Source: Malacoraja senta (taxonomy: Eukaryota). Taken from it: a stretch of 60,000 bases of DNA. The stretch spans positions 13,642,001-13,702,000 of the forward strand of contig CM075989.1 of the NCBI GenBank assembly GCA_038087875.1, in the 5' to 3' direction. The translations under genes were made by a program, and so were the position numbers. The notes below the pieces were generated by a model. The model made no database searches. It saw only the letters and a list, made by a program, of their open reading frames with translations, and was not told the origin of the DNA. Below are positions 12,601-22,839 of the stretch, piece by piece (the stretch's first letter is position 1; each line of letters starts with the position of its first letter).

Positions 12601-15600
12601 TAAAAATACAAACATGTAGGTAGAAACAATCATCTGGTTAGACAGCATCAGTCGAAAGAGAAACAGTTATTGTTTCAGGTTGAAGAGTCTTACATGAAAT
12701 GTTAACTATTTCTCTTTCCATAAATGCTGCCGCATCTGCTGAATGTTTCTAACATTTTCTGGTTTGGTTCCAGTGTTAACACAAAAACAGTGCAGCATTT
12801 TACACTGACACAAACACAGCGATCCATTCCAATGTTACCTGCTCAAGATTGTTTCTCCATTCTGTTGTTATTAAATGGAAATTAGATATATTATTCATCA
12901 CAGAATGTATAACCTTTACTTTTACCAAAAAAAGTTAAATTATCTTCTAAACGTGGGATACTTCAATATATATATCATTAATCTTAGGAAAGATTTAGAG
13001 TGATATGGGCAAGTAAGTGGCTCAATTAGAGAAAATAAGTTGGTTTTCAATAGTTTTCAGCAGCAGACAAGGTGGGAGCAGGATGGGTAAAACAAAGTGA
13101 ATATCTCTGATATTCCACATTGTCCAGCAATGTGGATTATATCCAGTGAAGGCAGAACTCTATGCTGTTTCTATAGAACTTCTGTAAGGTATTAGACTAG
13201 GGAAGAAGATTGGGAGTAGGAAAGAACTGCAGATGCTGGTTTAAATCGAAGGTAGACACAAACTGCTGGAGTTACTCAGCGGGACAGGCAGCATCTCTGG
13301 AGAGAAGGAATGGGTGATGTTTCGGGTCTGAAGAAGGGTCTCGACCCGAAACGTCACCCATTACTTCTCTCCAGAGATGCTGCCTCTCCCGCCGAGTTAC
13401 TCCAGCATTTTGAGTCTACCTTCGGCTCAGATGGACAGCTTGATTGGCATGGACAAGTTGGGTGAAGGGTCAGTTTCTGTGCTGTCTAAACCTGTGACTT
13501 TACAGATCTAATCTCCCAGTCCATGCTGTAGTCTACCGACAACTACCAGTGGCATGTCCGTGCATTTCCTCATGTCTGGTCATAAGGAGATACAGTTCAC
13601 AGAAGGTTTATTAGCTGCATTCCTGGAATGAGCAGCTTGAATGAGGAAAAGTTGGGCAGATTATGCTTATATTCAGTAGAGTTAAGAACAGCAAGAGGAG
13701 AGTTGATTGAGGTTTCTTTCCCCTGGAGCGAAGGAGGCTGAGGGGTGACCATTTTGAGGTAAATAAAATCACAAGGGGCACAAGTAAAGTGAATGGTTAG
13801 TCTTTTTCCCTGGGAAGGGGCGTCTAAAATTAAAGGACATAGATTTAAGGTGAGGGAGAAAGACTTAAATGGGACCAGAATGGCAGTCTTTTGAAACAGA
13901 GGGTGGTGGGTATGTGGAAGGAGTTACTAGAGGAAGTGGTAGTGAAGGGTACAAATACAAGGTTTAAAAGACATTTGGACAGGCACATGGTTTGGAGGGA
14001 TATGGGCCAAAAGCAGGCAACTTGGTTGACAAGGACAGTTCTATATAATTGTATGACTCAATGAAGTAATAAGATCCTGAGAGATCTGACAGGGTCAGTG
14101 TGAAGAGGATGATCTTCCTTGTGGGAGAATCCAGAACTAGGAGTCACTGTTATAAAATAAGGCTCGCCCTTTTAAGGCAGAGATGAGGCACAACATTTTC
14201 TCTCCGAGGGTCATGAATCGTTGGCACTCTCTTCCTCTAAAGATGGTGAAGGAATGAAACAGATAGAAACTTTCTAAGCAAAAAAAGTGAAAGGCAACCA
14301 GGGTAGGGAGTAAATCATGGTTGAGGTACTGCTGGAATACCAGAGCAGCATTGAGATGCAGGGGAAAAACAGCAGAATGAGAATGGAAAAAGTGGGACTG
14401 CCAGAGGAAAATCCAAGATGAGTACTGGGAAAGCAGGAATGCCAGCATGAGGATCTATTAATATCTAATGAGGGTTCGAGAAACCGCAGACACCATCTTT
14501 GCTTGTGAGATCACCTTCAGGAAAGCTTGCTTGTCTTCAGTCGTGAAGAGCACGTCAGTGGCTTCCATCAGTTCCTTGTAGCCATCCATGCTGTGCCCAC
14601 AGCTCACCAGCATATTGTACAACTTCTCCAGCTTCAGCTTCTTCTCCTCCTCTAGCCCCTGGCTCCTGTCCTCGAAACGCTGAACTAAGAACTGCATTAA
14701 GTCGTCGTACTGCAGTTCCAGGTAGTGCTCCTGTTTACCAATGTTCTCCTGTTGTTCAAACACAATGTGGTGTTAACAATAATGATGGAGATATCAGTGC
14801 ATCATTGAACTTACAAAGCCTTTGATTAAATCAGCGAATGGCAAAAATATTGGGCAGCCTCCCTGCATCTGTGCGAAGAAAATCAAAATGAACAATTTGG
14901 GTCTGAAACACTTCACCAGATATGGGAAAGAGAGAAAACCAATTGGTTTTCAATAGTTTTCAGCAGCAGACAAGGTGGGAGCAGGATGGGTAAAACAAAG
15001 GGAATATCTCTGATATTAAGAAGACAAACAAGATAATGTGGCAATTTGCTCTTTTATCAATGTTATGTGTTATTTATTGCAGGACTCTGGGACTTGTCCA
15101 GCAATGTGGATTATATCTGGCGAAGGCAGAACTCTATGCTGTTTCTATAGGACTTCTGTAAGGTACTAGACTGGGGAAGAAGATTGGGAGAACTGCAGAT
15201 GCTGGTTTAAATCGAAGGTAGACACAAAATGCTGGAGTAACTCAGCGGGACAGGCAGCATCTCTGGAGAGAAGGACTGGGTGACGTTTCGAGTCTGAAGA
15301 AGGGTCTCGACCCGAAACGTCACCCATTCCTTCTCTCCAGAGATGCTGCCTGTCCCACTGAGTTACTCCAGCAGAAGATTTGGGAGAGGCTGTTTGAAAG
15401 CAAGTACACACCTGACGAGTGGGAATTCTTTACAGGACCAGCATATTCCCGTGAGGATGAAAGACGAGGATGTCATGGTTTGGGAACCATGGATGACAAG
15501 AAATATACGGATACAGGGAATTGCAGATGCAGGTTTACAAAAAAAGACAAAGTGCTGGAGTAACTCAGCGAGTCAGAAAGCATCTCTGGAGAATGTGGAC

Positions 15601-18223
15601 AGGTTATATGTTCACGCATTCAGCCCCAAAAAACATATGTTTAGGAAGCTAAAATCGGACAAGGCCTTGAGGAATATAAAAGGAGCAAGAAATTGTGGTA
15701 GAGTTATGGACATTGAGGAAGGATGTCAAAGAATACAGCAGGTTATAGATCCGTTATAGATGTGGGTGGAGAAATGACAGATGGAGGTTAACCCAGGTAA
15801 GTGTGTGGTGTTGCATTTTAGTATTTTAAATGTAAGGAGTAATACACAGTTAATGGCATGATCCTTAACAGCATTCATGTACAGAGAGATCTTGGGCTCC
15901 AAGTCCATAGCTCCACAAATGTAACAACACAGTTAGACAGAGTGGAAAAGGTAGTGCGTGAGGGAAAATAGATTGCTGAATATAGTGTTACAGCTATGGA
16001 GAAAGTGCAGAGAAAATAGTGTAAATGCCGTAACGAGGAAGATCGTGTGATCAGGAATTCATCCTTGGCACATGAGAGGTCCAGTCAAGAGTCTGATAAC
16101 CGAGGGAAAGAAGTTGTTTTTGAATCTTGTCATCCAAGGTTCCCAAACCTTGACATCATCGTCTTTCATCCTCACAGGAATCTGCTGGTCCTTTAAAGAA
16201 TTCCCACATGTCAGGTGTGTACAAGCTTTCAAACTTTTGTAACTTCTGCCTAATGGGGAAGGGGAGAAATGGCCAGGGTGCGAGTGGTCCTTGACTTGTT
16301 GGCAGCTCTCAAGGGAGAGTATGAAGTGTGGATGAAATTGATGGTGGGGAGGCTGGTTTCCATGATGGGCAAGGCTGCGTTCATAACCCTGTGATTTCCA
16401 TATGAAGGAAAGAGCATGCGGTAAGTTATTGGCTATGTGTAAGCTTCATTTATCAGGTGGCTGCTGGAATAAAAGGAGATTCGCTGAGGAGAAGCTGAGG
16501 CCAATGGGCCGACATTGTCTGGAATTTAGAAGAATGCGGTGACCACATTGAAACAGTTTGAAAGATAAGAGAATCTAGAACGAGAAGGTCAGAGTTAAGA
16601 GGGGGGACTTATTACACAGTTTATCATCTCATTGGAAAGACGGGTACATCCTTCCTGCTATGTACAATAGTGAAATGGAAAATGTGACAGATACGGCAAC
16701 GTAACATCAAGGTGAAGCTGTTGATGAAATGTTGAGCAAACTGTGAACACTGGAAGCAGGAAAAAATCAAAACTCTTACTTCAACAGTGACAAAGATTTC
16801 CTGCAGGTGGTTAGAAAATGTCTCCATCTGTATCAGTTGCTGCTCCAACTTCTTCAGATTGTTCTGACACTCGAGCTGGGGAAAAAGCCACAAAACTCTG
16901 AATAAGTCAGGGTTCAAAATGTTAATTGTGAAATCAGTGGATCAGTGGATTCTGTGCTGAAGGAGCCCCATCAATGCTAAGTGGCTCTTTAGAAGTAATC
17001 TAGTTTGCCCAACTCCCCATCCCTGGACCATTACTGGATCTGGATCCACCACACCATGTGGCAGCTCATCTCAATCCCATCCACTTAATTAAAGATCAAG
17101 TATTTCCTCATCTTGTTCTGATAGAAGGCCATCAAAGTGAAACGTTAACTTTTTTTTCTCTCTCCACCTGTGTTGCATAATCTGCAGAATATGTGCAATC
17201 TTTTCTTGTATTTCCTCATCTTGTGTCTGGTTCTGGTGTCTGGGATGGGATCCTATTCCTACCCAATAGCACTGTGGAAGCACAAAACATCACATGGACT
17301 GGATTGGCTAGAGTGGGCAGCATCCCCCTACACTTCTCTTCCCAGGGAAAGAGCTACAGCCAACAATCACTGGCCTTGTCAGCAACATCCTCAGCCGTTG
17401 CAGAGCTCTGAGGTCTCTGCTCTTCAGCATCGTGGAATTGGTTTGTCATACGTACCTTGGCAACGACTGCGGCCTCTGCTAATGGGATCACACTGTGATG
17501 TTTATGGAATCCAAAGAGCTTCTCAAAAGCGGGAATTGGAAGATCACATGACTGACAATAAACATCCGGGGTTGTGTCCTGGTCAGTCTCCTGGTCATCT
17601 GGCTCCAGTTCTGTCTCCTTGGAAGGGTTGCTTCTCGGGCTTCTGAGATCTCTGACGCTCTCTTCCACATCATCTCCCAACTTGGTTGTGGTACCCTCTG
17701 TCTCAGACTCTTCAAAAATGCTTTGCTCTGATATTGGGCTGAAGAGCCCTTCGCTGCACTGACTTGCGCTTTCTGAGTAATCCACAATTTGCTGGAAGGG
17801 ATCAAACTGCTTTTGCAAAGGGAGGATGTTGGCAAATTCCATTAGGTTCCGACAAGTACCAGACTCTGCTTCTGGAAAAGACAAACAGCCAGGGTCCTCT
17901 CTGTAGATGTCATGGCTCAGCAGATCCACAGGGAGTCCCTCTGCTACAAGCTGCTCCTCAATATGCAGGATACCTTGCGATGTATCCTGCAGGGCTGCCA
18001 CTTTGGATGTTGATTGTTTGTCTGCAAAAATCTTCAAGCGTTCCCAAGGTTCATAGAGGTCCATATGATAGAACCGGAATCCTTCAGGTTCTGCAGCCTC
18101 CGCACCTCCTCCCTCCTCTGCCCCTTGGGAGGGTGAAGGTTCCTTGCCTGTGCCCAGCTCTTTGTGACTCTCTATCACTGGTTCCAGACCACCAGGCACA
18201 TGTGGTGTTTCCTGGTTCTTCAT
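381..18223 (-). CDS. FSD2: Fibronectin type III and SPRY domain-containing protein 2, spliced gene span (12 coding exons, about 794 aa)
   Basis: Exons 17456-18223, 16780-16875, 14515-14748, 12839-12861, 11571-11692, 9962-10117, 6797-6931, 5959-6115, 3927-4060, 3637-3766, 2904-3080 and 381-633 join in frame (2385 nt) with GT-AG introns. Architecture: acidic N-terminus, B-box-like CxxC..H..H, coiled coil, two FN3, B30.2/SPRY ([24 protein letters not shown]). Adjacent to WHAMM. Confidence 0.92.
1040..1650 (+). mobile_element. CR1/HER1-type LINE 3' fragment
   Basis: Decayed [11 protein letters not shown] and [11 protein letters not shown] coding motifs followed by the GGGCTGAAGGGCCTGTTTCC...CTCTATGACTCTATGA tail. 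Confidence 0.85.
2904..3080 (-). CDS. FSD2: FSD2 exon (SPRY)
   Basis: cccctag|T...AG|gtaagt; [32 protein letters not shown]...[12 protein letters not shown]. Confidence 0.9.
3637..3766 (-). CDS. FSD2: FSD2 exon (PRY region)
   Basis: gacag|GT...AG|gtgagt; [43 protein letters not shown]. Confidence 0.85.
3927..4060 (-). CDS. FSD2: FSD2 exon (second FN3, C-half)
   Basis: ttctag|A...G|gtgagc; [44 protein letters not shown]. Confidence 0.9.
5959..6115 (-). CDS. FSD2: FSD2 exon (second FN3, N-half)
   Basis: tctcag|TT...GA|gtaagt; [53 protein letters not shown]. Confidence 0.85.
6797..6931 (-). CDS. FSD2: FSD2 exon (first FN3, C-half)
   Basis: tctcag|AT...G|gtaacg; [45 protein letters not shown]. 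Confidence 0.9.
8109..9545 (+). mobile_element. Tc1/mariner DD34E transposon, IR/DR type, defective
   Basis: 211-bp TIRs (8109-8319 and 9335-9545) starting CAGTGGCTTGCAAAAGT; TA duplication on both sides; internal direct repeat GCAAAAGTATTC. Confidence 0.95.
8424..9341 (+). pseudogene. Tc1-family transposase pseudogene
   Basis: [15 protein letters not shown] and [11 protein letters not shown] with 34 residues between D and E; N-terminus deleted, in-frame TGA at 8649-8651, probable frameshift near 9284. Confidence 0.92.
9962..10117 (-). CDS. FSD2: FSD2 exon (first FN3, N-half)
   Basis: gtgcag|TG...G|gtttgt; [52 protein letters not shown]. Confidence 0.9.
11010..11340 (+). mobile_element. Decayed Penelope-like pseudo-LTR / 3' end
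   Basis: Pyrimidine-rich tract, then CTGATGAAGGGTCTCCACCC...GATGCTGCC...GCTGAGTTACTCCAGCACTTTGTGTCTA as in the other copies. Confidence 0.6.
11571..11692 (-). CDS. FSD2: FSD2 exon (linker after coiled coil)
   Basis: ccacag|G...G|gtatgt; [41 protein letters not shown]. Confidence 0.85.
12183..12502 (+). mobile_element. tRNA-derived SINE (HE1/V-SINE-like)
   Basis: A box TGGCGCAACGG, B box GGTTCGATCCC, V-domain-like GGTTTCCTCCCACACTCCAAAGA, CR1-like tail ending CTCTAAACTAAA. Confidence 0.85.
12839..12861 (-). CDS. FSD2: FSD2 23-nt microexon
   Basis: caacag|AATGGAGAAACAATCTTGAGCAG|gtaaca (NGETILSR); bridges a phase-0 donor to a phase-2 acceptor. Confidence 0.75.
13220..13423. mobile_element. 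Palindromic Penelope-like pseudo-LTR unit with hammerhead-like core
   Basis: Inverted arms around CTGAAGAAGGGTCTCGACCCGAAACGTC. Confidence 0.75.
13328..13355 (+). ncRNA. Putative minimal type I hammerhead ribozyme
   Basis: CTGAAGA core, stem II GGGTC/GACCC, GAAAC, GTC cleavage triplet; flanks GGGT/ACCC can form helix I. Confidence 0.6.
14515..14748 (-). CDS. FSD2: FSD2 exon (coiled coil)
   Basis: caacag|GAG...AAG|gtgatc; [44 protein letters not shown]...KQAFLK. Confidence 0.9.
15192..15372. mobile_element. Palindromic Penelope-like pseudo-LTR unit with hammerhead-like core
   Basis: Inverted arms; core at 15294-15321; flanked by AGAAGATT(T)GGGAGA direct repeat. Confidence 0.75.
15294..15321 (+). 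ncRNA. Putative minimal type I hammerhead ribozyme
   Basis: CTGAAGAAGGGTCTCGACCCGAAACGTC. Confidence 0.55.
16780..16875 (-). CDS. FSD2: FSD2 exon (coiled coil)
   Basis: ccccag|CTC...GAA|gtaaga; [32 protein letters not shown]. Confidence 0.9.
17456..18223 (-). CDS. FSD2: FSD2 large 5' coding exon (acidic region, B-box-like motif); may extend to the acceptor at 18275
   Basis: Within ORF 17354-18259; motifs [10 protein letters not shown] and [29 protein letters not shown]; donor AAG|gtacgt. Confidence 0.85.
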
Positions 18224-18840
18224 TGTCTTCACGTGTGCAGGAAGAACCGGTGGTTTCACACTGAATTCACTTGCCCTGTGATCTTATAGAGGGCAGAAAT
18301 AAAAAACCAGATGAAATCAGAAACAAATTCCTAACCTATCAGCTGTCACAGTTCATTCCTAATAAATTGTGGATCGATTATTGTAGAGATTTATTAAAAT
18401 TCCATCATATTGGTTCCCAGATTGTGAAAATTGTCTATACATAGAATACATTGAGATGCTAAGACACTGGAAAAATACTAATAATACTGCAAAGTCCACC
18501 AAATTTACTGGAAGGGCAAGGGAAGCAAGGTTAATGATCTCTGCCAAGCTTGTGATCTCTGCCAAGCAAGTGATCTCTGCCCCAGCAGCAAGGTTGTCCT
18601 TACACACTGTTGGTTATTTTTGATGGGCTATGTCATTGCCCGAAACAGAAGACAGTCTATTCCGAGCTCCTTCATGGGGAAAGTTACTGGGTGGCGGGTA
18701 GAAAACATTCAAGGATGTGTTCAAACAATGATTCACAAAAGGCAACTGCATAGCAAAAATGTTCAGAAACTTCTGTTAAAGAATCTGCTTCTTAAATCAC
18801 AAAAAGCAACTTTCTGGTAACAGAAATTGGTCTCCAAAGC

Positions 18841-19090
18841 TTAAAAATAGTATGGTATATACACCAAACATTCGGGGACAAGTTTAGTTTCAGGCCACAG
18901 CTGTTCTTTTCAAATGTCTGGGATGCTTTTCAGTGACTGAATTATAGAGAACCAGAGCAGCTCAATATTTGTACCTGTTCATCAGTATTCCTGATTATTC
19001 TTGAAACCACGCTCTGTAGGCACCTCGCTTTTCCCCTCACTCCAGTCCTCTCATGGCTCTGGCAATCTGCCTGCTGTATATTTAGCTGCT
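18841..19090 (-). promoter_or_regulatory. Putative FSD2 promoter and short first exon with muscle-type motifs
   Basis: MEF2-consensus TTAAAAATAG at 18841-18850; E-box CAGCTG near 18898; TATA/MEF2-like CTAAATATAC (minus) at 19076-19085; donor AG|gtac at 18975/18974. Confidence 0.4.
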
Positions 19091-19293
19091 TGGTGACACA
19101 TGACCTTCAGCAAAGCCACTCCTCAGAGAGCAGGCTGGGAATGCAAACAGCATGTAGTCCAATTAAGTAATCAGCTCCAACTACGTTCATGCTGAATAAA
19201 GAAGATAGTAATAGGAGCCGGCCAATCTGCCCCTCACATCTGCCTGACCATTTAATAAAATTATGGATGACCCATCCCAGCCCCAACACACTA

Positions 19294-19769
19294 AAGGGCC
19301 TGTTCCACGAGCATGCGACTGCATGCGGCAAGCGCGACCAAACCGGAAGCGGGGGCCTCGCGGAGGTCGAGTGATCCCCGTACAGGGCCGGTCCCACCAG
19401 CATGCGACTGCATGCGGCGAGCGCGACCAAACCAGAAGCGGGGGCCACGCGGAGGTCGAGTGAGTTACGTGAAGTTCGAGCGAAGTCCACGGGAAGTTCG
19501 CGCGTGACGTACGGCGTCAAGACGCTGCGTACGGCGTCGAGACACTGCGCACGCCCGTCGAGGCGGCTGCGGGCCGGCAGGCCGTTGCCGAGCGGAATTT
19601 TTGAACAGTCAGTTTTTCGGAGCTCCGCGCGATGTCGGGACCAGCTTCGCACAACTCCATACAGCTCCGGTGATCGAAGTGGGACCGGCCCCGCGAGGCC
19701 GTACGGCTCAAGCGACCACGTTAGGTCGCGCTTGCCGCATGCAGTCGCATGCTCGTGCGACAGGCCCTT
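19294..19769. mobile_element. CpG-rich MITE (non-autonomous DNA transposon)
   Basis: About 46-bp near-perfect TIRs AAGGGCCTGTTCCACGAGCATGCGACTGCATGCGGCAAGCGCGACC, flanked by TA on both sides; no coding capacity. Confidence 0.85.
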
Positions 19770-19854
19770 TATTGCTCTCTTGGAATATCTCTTGCCTCTC
19801 TTGTGGTGTAAATATTTGTCAATCTCCACCACCACAGCTATCTGAGGAAGAGAA

Positions 19855-20175
19855 TTTCAAGAGATTCAAGAGAGTTTATTGTCATGAGTCCCTGATAGAA
19901 CAATGAAATTCTTGCTTTGCTTCAGCACAACAGAACATAGTAGGCATTGACTACAAAACAGATCAGTGTGTCCATATACCATTATATAAATATATGCACA
20001 CATGAATAAATAAACTGATAAAGTGCAAATAACAGATAATGGGCTATTAATGTTCAGAGTTTTGTCCGAGCCAAGTTTAATAGCCTGATGGCTGTGGGGA
20101 AGTAGCTATTCCTGAACCTGGTCGTTGCAGTCTTCAGGCTCCTGTACCTTCTACCTGAAGGTAACAGGGAGATGA
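19855..20175 (-). mobile_element. Rex1/L2-type LINE 3' fragment
   Basis: Plus strand TTTATTGTCATG...AAGTAGCTATTCCTGAACCTGG...CCTGTACCTTCTACCTGAAGG, homologous to the 3' end of the 33476-34565 element. Confidence 0.6.
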
Positions 20176-20744
20176 AAGATTCAGAACCCTTTGAGAGGAA
20201 AGTTTGATAATTTCACAAGGGGAAACATTCTCACAGTATCCATCCCTTAGAATTTTACTAATAAGTTGTTTTAATAAGATCACCAGTCATTCTTTTAAAC
20301 TTGAATGAGTAGTCTGTATTTCAATCAAGTTAATTCATCAAGCAAATTATTACTATAGATTGTAAATGAATGGTGTGTGGCGGGGACTGGCAGGAGTCCA
20401 GCCAAAAACTAGTCGGACACAGGTTGTGTGCTCTAGACGTGTTTAATCTTCTGCATACATCTCCCTACTCCTCAGCTGACACGGGCGTTGCCCGGCCTTA
20501 AATAACAACTCAGATAACGACCCCGTGACTCGCGCCTCCCCCACCAAGACGCCGCCCTCTAGAGCCGATGGTTCGTCGTGACCTTGGGTTGCTATCAGGT
20601 GCCGCCACAGGTGTCCAATTACTGACACCAGTAGTTGGGAAAATGTTAAAATTTACAATAAAGTGATAGCACGGCACTTAGGAAATAATATGTGACTAAA
20701 CAGAGTCAATATACACTTACAAAGGGAAATCATGTTTGACATCT

Positions 20745-21000
20745 GATCCGCTGAGACTGAGAGTAACCTAGCTGACCCGCTGTTACCTGGGCTGACCCAG
20801 GGTTACCTGGGCTGGCCTGCTGTGATCCAGAATTACTTGGACTGACTCGCTGTGCCCAGTGTTTGCTGGGCTAACCTGGGATCCCTGGGCTGAGCTGCTG
20901 TGACCTGCGCTCATCCGCTGTGACACTGGGTTACCTGCGTTAATCTGCCTTGACCTGCTGTGACCTGGGGTTACCTGGGCTGATCTGCTATGACCCAATG
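20745..21000. repeat. Degenerate ~10/20-bp tandem repeat (GTTACCTGGGCTGACCTGCT-like), resuming at 22555-22610 and 22783-22840
   Basis: Recurring TTACCTGGG, CTGACC and TGTGACC units. Confidence 0.7.
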
Positions 21001-21005
21001 TGTAT

Positions 21006-22555
21006 GAAGGAACTCCAGATGTTGGTTTAAATCGAAGATAGACTCAAAATGTTGGAGTAACTCAGCGGGACAGGCAGCATTTCTGGAGAGTAGGAATGGG
21101 TGATGTTTTGGATCGAGATCCTTCTTCAGACTGATGTCAGGGGAGTGGGAGGTACATACATATAGATACATAGAAAATAGGTGCAGGAGTAGGCCATTCG
21201 GCCCTTCGAGCCTGCACCGCCATTCAATATGATCATGGCTGATCATCCAACTCAGTATCCCGTACCTGCCTTCTCTCCATACCCCCTGATCCCTTTAGCC
21301 ACAAGGGCCACATCTAACTCCCTCTTAAATATAGCCAATGAACTGGCCTCAACTACCCTCTGTGGCAGAGAGTTCCAGAGATTCACCACTCTCTGTGTGA
21401 AAACGTTTTTTCTCATCTTGGTCTTAAAGAATTTCCCCCTTATCCTTAAGCTGTGACCCCTTGTCCTGGACTTCCCCAACATCTGGAACAATCTTCCTGC
21501 ATCTAGCCTGTCCAACCCCGTATTGGGGGTTCAGTATTTTGTAAGTTTCTATAAGATCCCCTCTCAATCTCCTAAATTCTAGCGATTATAAGCCGAGTCC
21601 ATCCAGTCTTTCTTCATATGAAAGTCCTGACATCCCAGGAATCAGTCTGGAGAACCTTCTCTGCACTCCCTCTATGGCTATAATGTCCTTTCTCAGATTT
21701 GGAGACCAAAACTGTACGCAATACTCCAGGTGTGGTCTCACCAAGGCCCTGTACAACTGCAGTAGAACCTCCCTGCTCCTATACTCAAATCCTTTTGCTA
21801 TGAATGCTAACATACCATTCGCTTTCTTCACTGCCTGCTGCACCTGCATGCCTACTTTCAATGACTGGTGTACCATGACACCCAGGTCTCGCTGCATCTC
21901 CCCTTTTCCTAATCGGCCACCATTTAGATAAGTCTGCTTTCCTGTTTTTGCCACCAAAGTGGATAACCTCACATTTATCCACATTATACTGCATCTGCCA
22001 AACATTTGCCCACTCACCCAGCCTATCCAAGTCACCTTGCAGTCTCCTAGCATCCTCCTCACAGCTACCCCACTAGTCACTGCCTGCCATTGTGAAAAGG
22101 ACCTGTTTACTCCTACTCTTTGCTTCCTGTTTGCCAGCCAGTTCTCTATCCACATCAATACTGAACCCCCAATACTGTGTGCTTTAAGTTTGTATACTAA
22201 TCTCTTATAAGGAAGCATACAGATAAGGAAGTGTAAGGTGTGAAAACAGGACAAAGGAAATGCAGAACTAGGAAAATGTAGACTAGATCATTGTTAGTTG
22301 GGGTAAGGTAACAACAAAGCAAACAGAGTTCAAATGTAGTCAAAGATAGTAAGACTGATCGGAGAACTGGAAAGGGGGAGGGGATGGAGAGAGAGGGAAA
22401 GAAAGTCAAATCAAGGCAAGAGAAGTCAAGAGAGTTTATTGTCATGTGTCCCTGACAGAACAATGAAATTCTTGCTTCTAGTTATAGTCAATGTTCATAC
22501 CGCTGGAGTGTAAGCTACCCAAGCGAAATATAAGAGGTTGTTCCTCCATTTTGAG
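21006..22555 (-). mobile_element. Penelope-like element 3' part, interrupted by a CR1 LINE
   Basis: Pseudo-LTR at 21006-21155; minus-strand KMEEQPLIFRLGSLHSSGMNID (GIY-YIG C-terminus-like) near 22485-22555. Confidence 0.65.
21166..22207 (-). mobile_element. Young CR1 LINE, 5'-truncated with an internal RT deletion
   Basis: Nearly identical to 56560-57712; [13 protein letters not shown] present; segment with the FADD motif absent. Confidence 0.9.
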
Positions 22556-22609
22556 CCTGGACCCGAGGTGACTTGCTGTGCCCAGGGTTACCTGGGATAA
22601 CCTATTGTG

Positions 22610-22782
22610 TTAAAGAAGGAACTGCAGATGCGGGAAAATCGAAGGTACACAAAAATGCTGGAGAAACTCAGCGGGTGCAGCAGCATCTATGGAGCTCTGA
22701 GGAAGGGTTTCGGCCCGAAACGTTACCTATTTCCTTCGCTCCATAGATGCTGCTGCACCCGCTGAGTTTCTCCAGCTTTTTT
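22610..22782. mobile_element. Palindromic Penelope-like pseudo-LTR unit with hammerhead-like core and 14-bp TSD
   Basis: TSD GATAACCTATTGTG at 22596-22609 and 22783-22796; core CTGAGGAAGGGTTTCGGCCCGAAACGTT at 22697-22724. Confidence 0.8.
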
Positions 22783-22839
22783 GATAACCTATTGTGACCC
22801 GGGTTCACCTGTGCTAACCCGCTTTGATCCTGGGTTATG

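Noticed and set aside
18535..18590. Three 18-bp tandem units TGATCTCTGCCAAGC
   Set aside because: Ordinary small minisatellite; no evidence of function.
19107..19906. Long overlapping ORFs (up to 242 aa)
   Set aside because: By-product of the GC-rich MITE; no recognisable domain.
20745..21000. Regularly recurring short repeats resembling a CRISPR array
   Set aside because: Degenerate tandem repeat without unique spacers, in a vertebrate genome.
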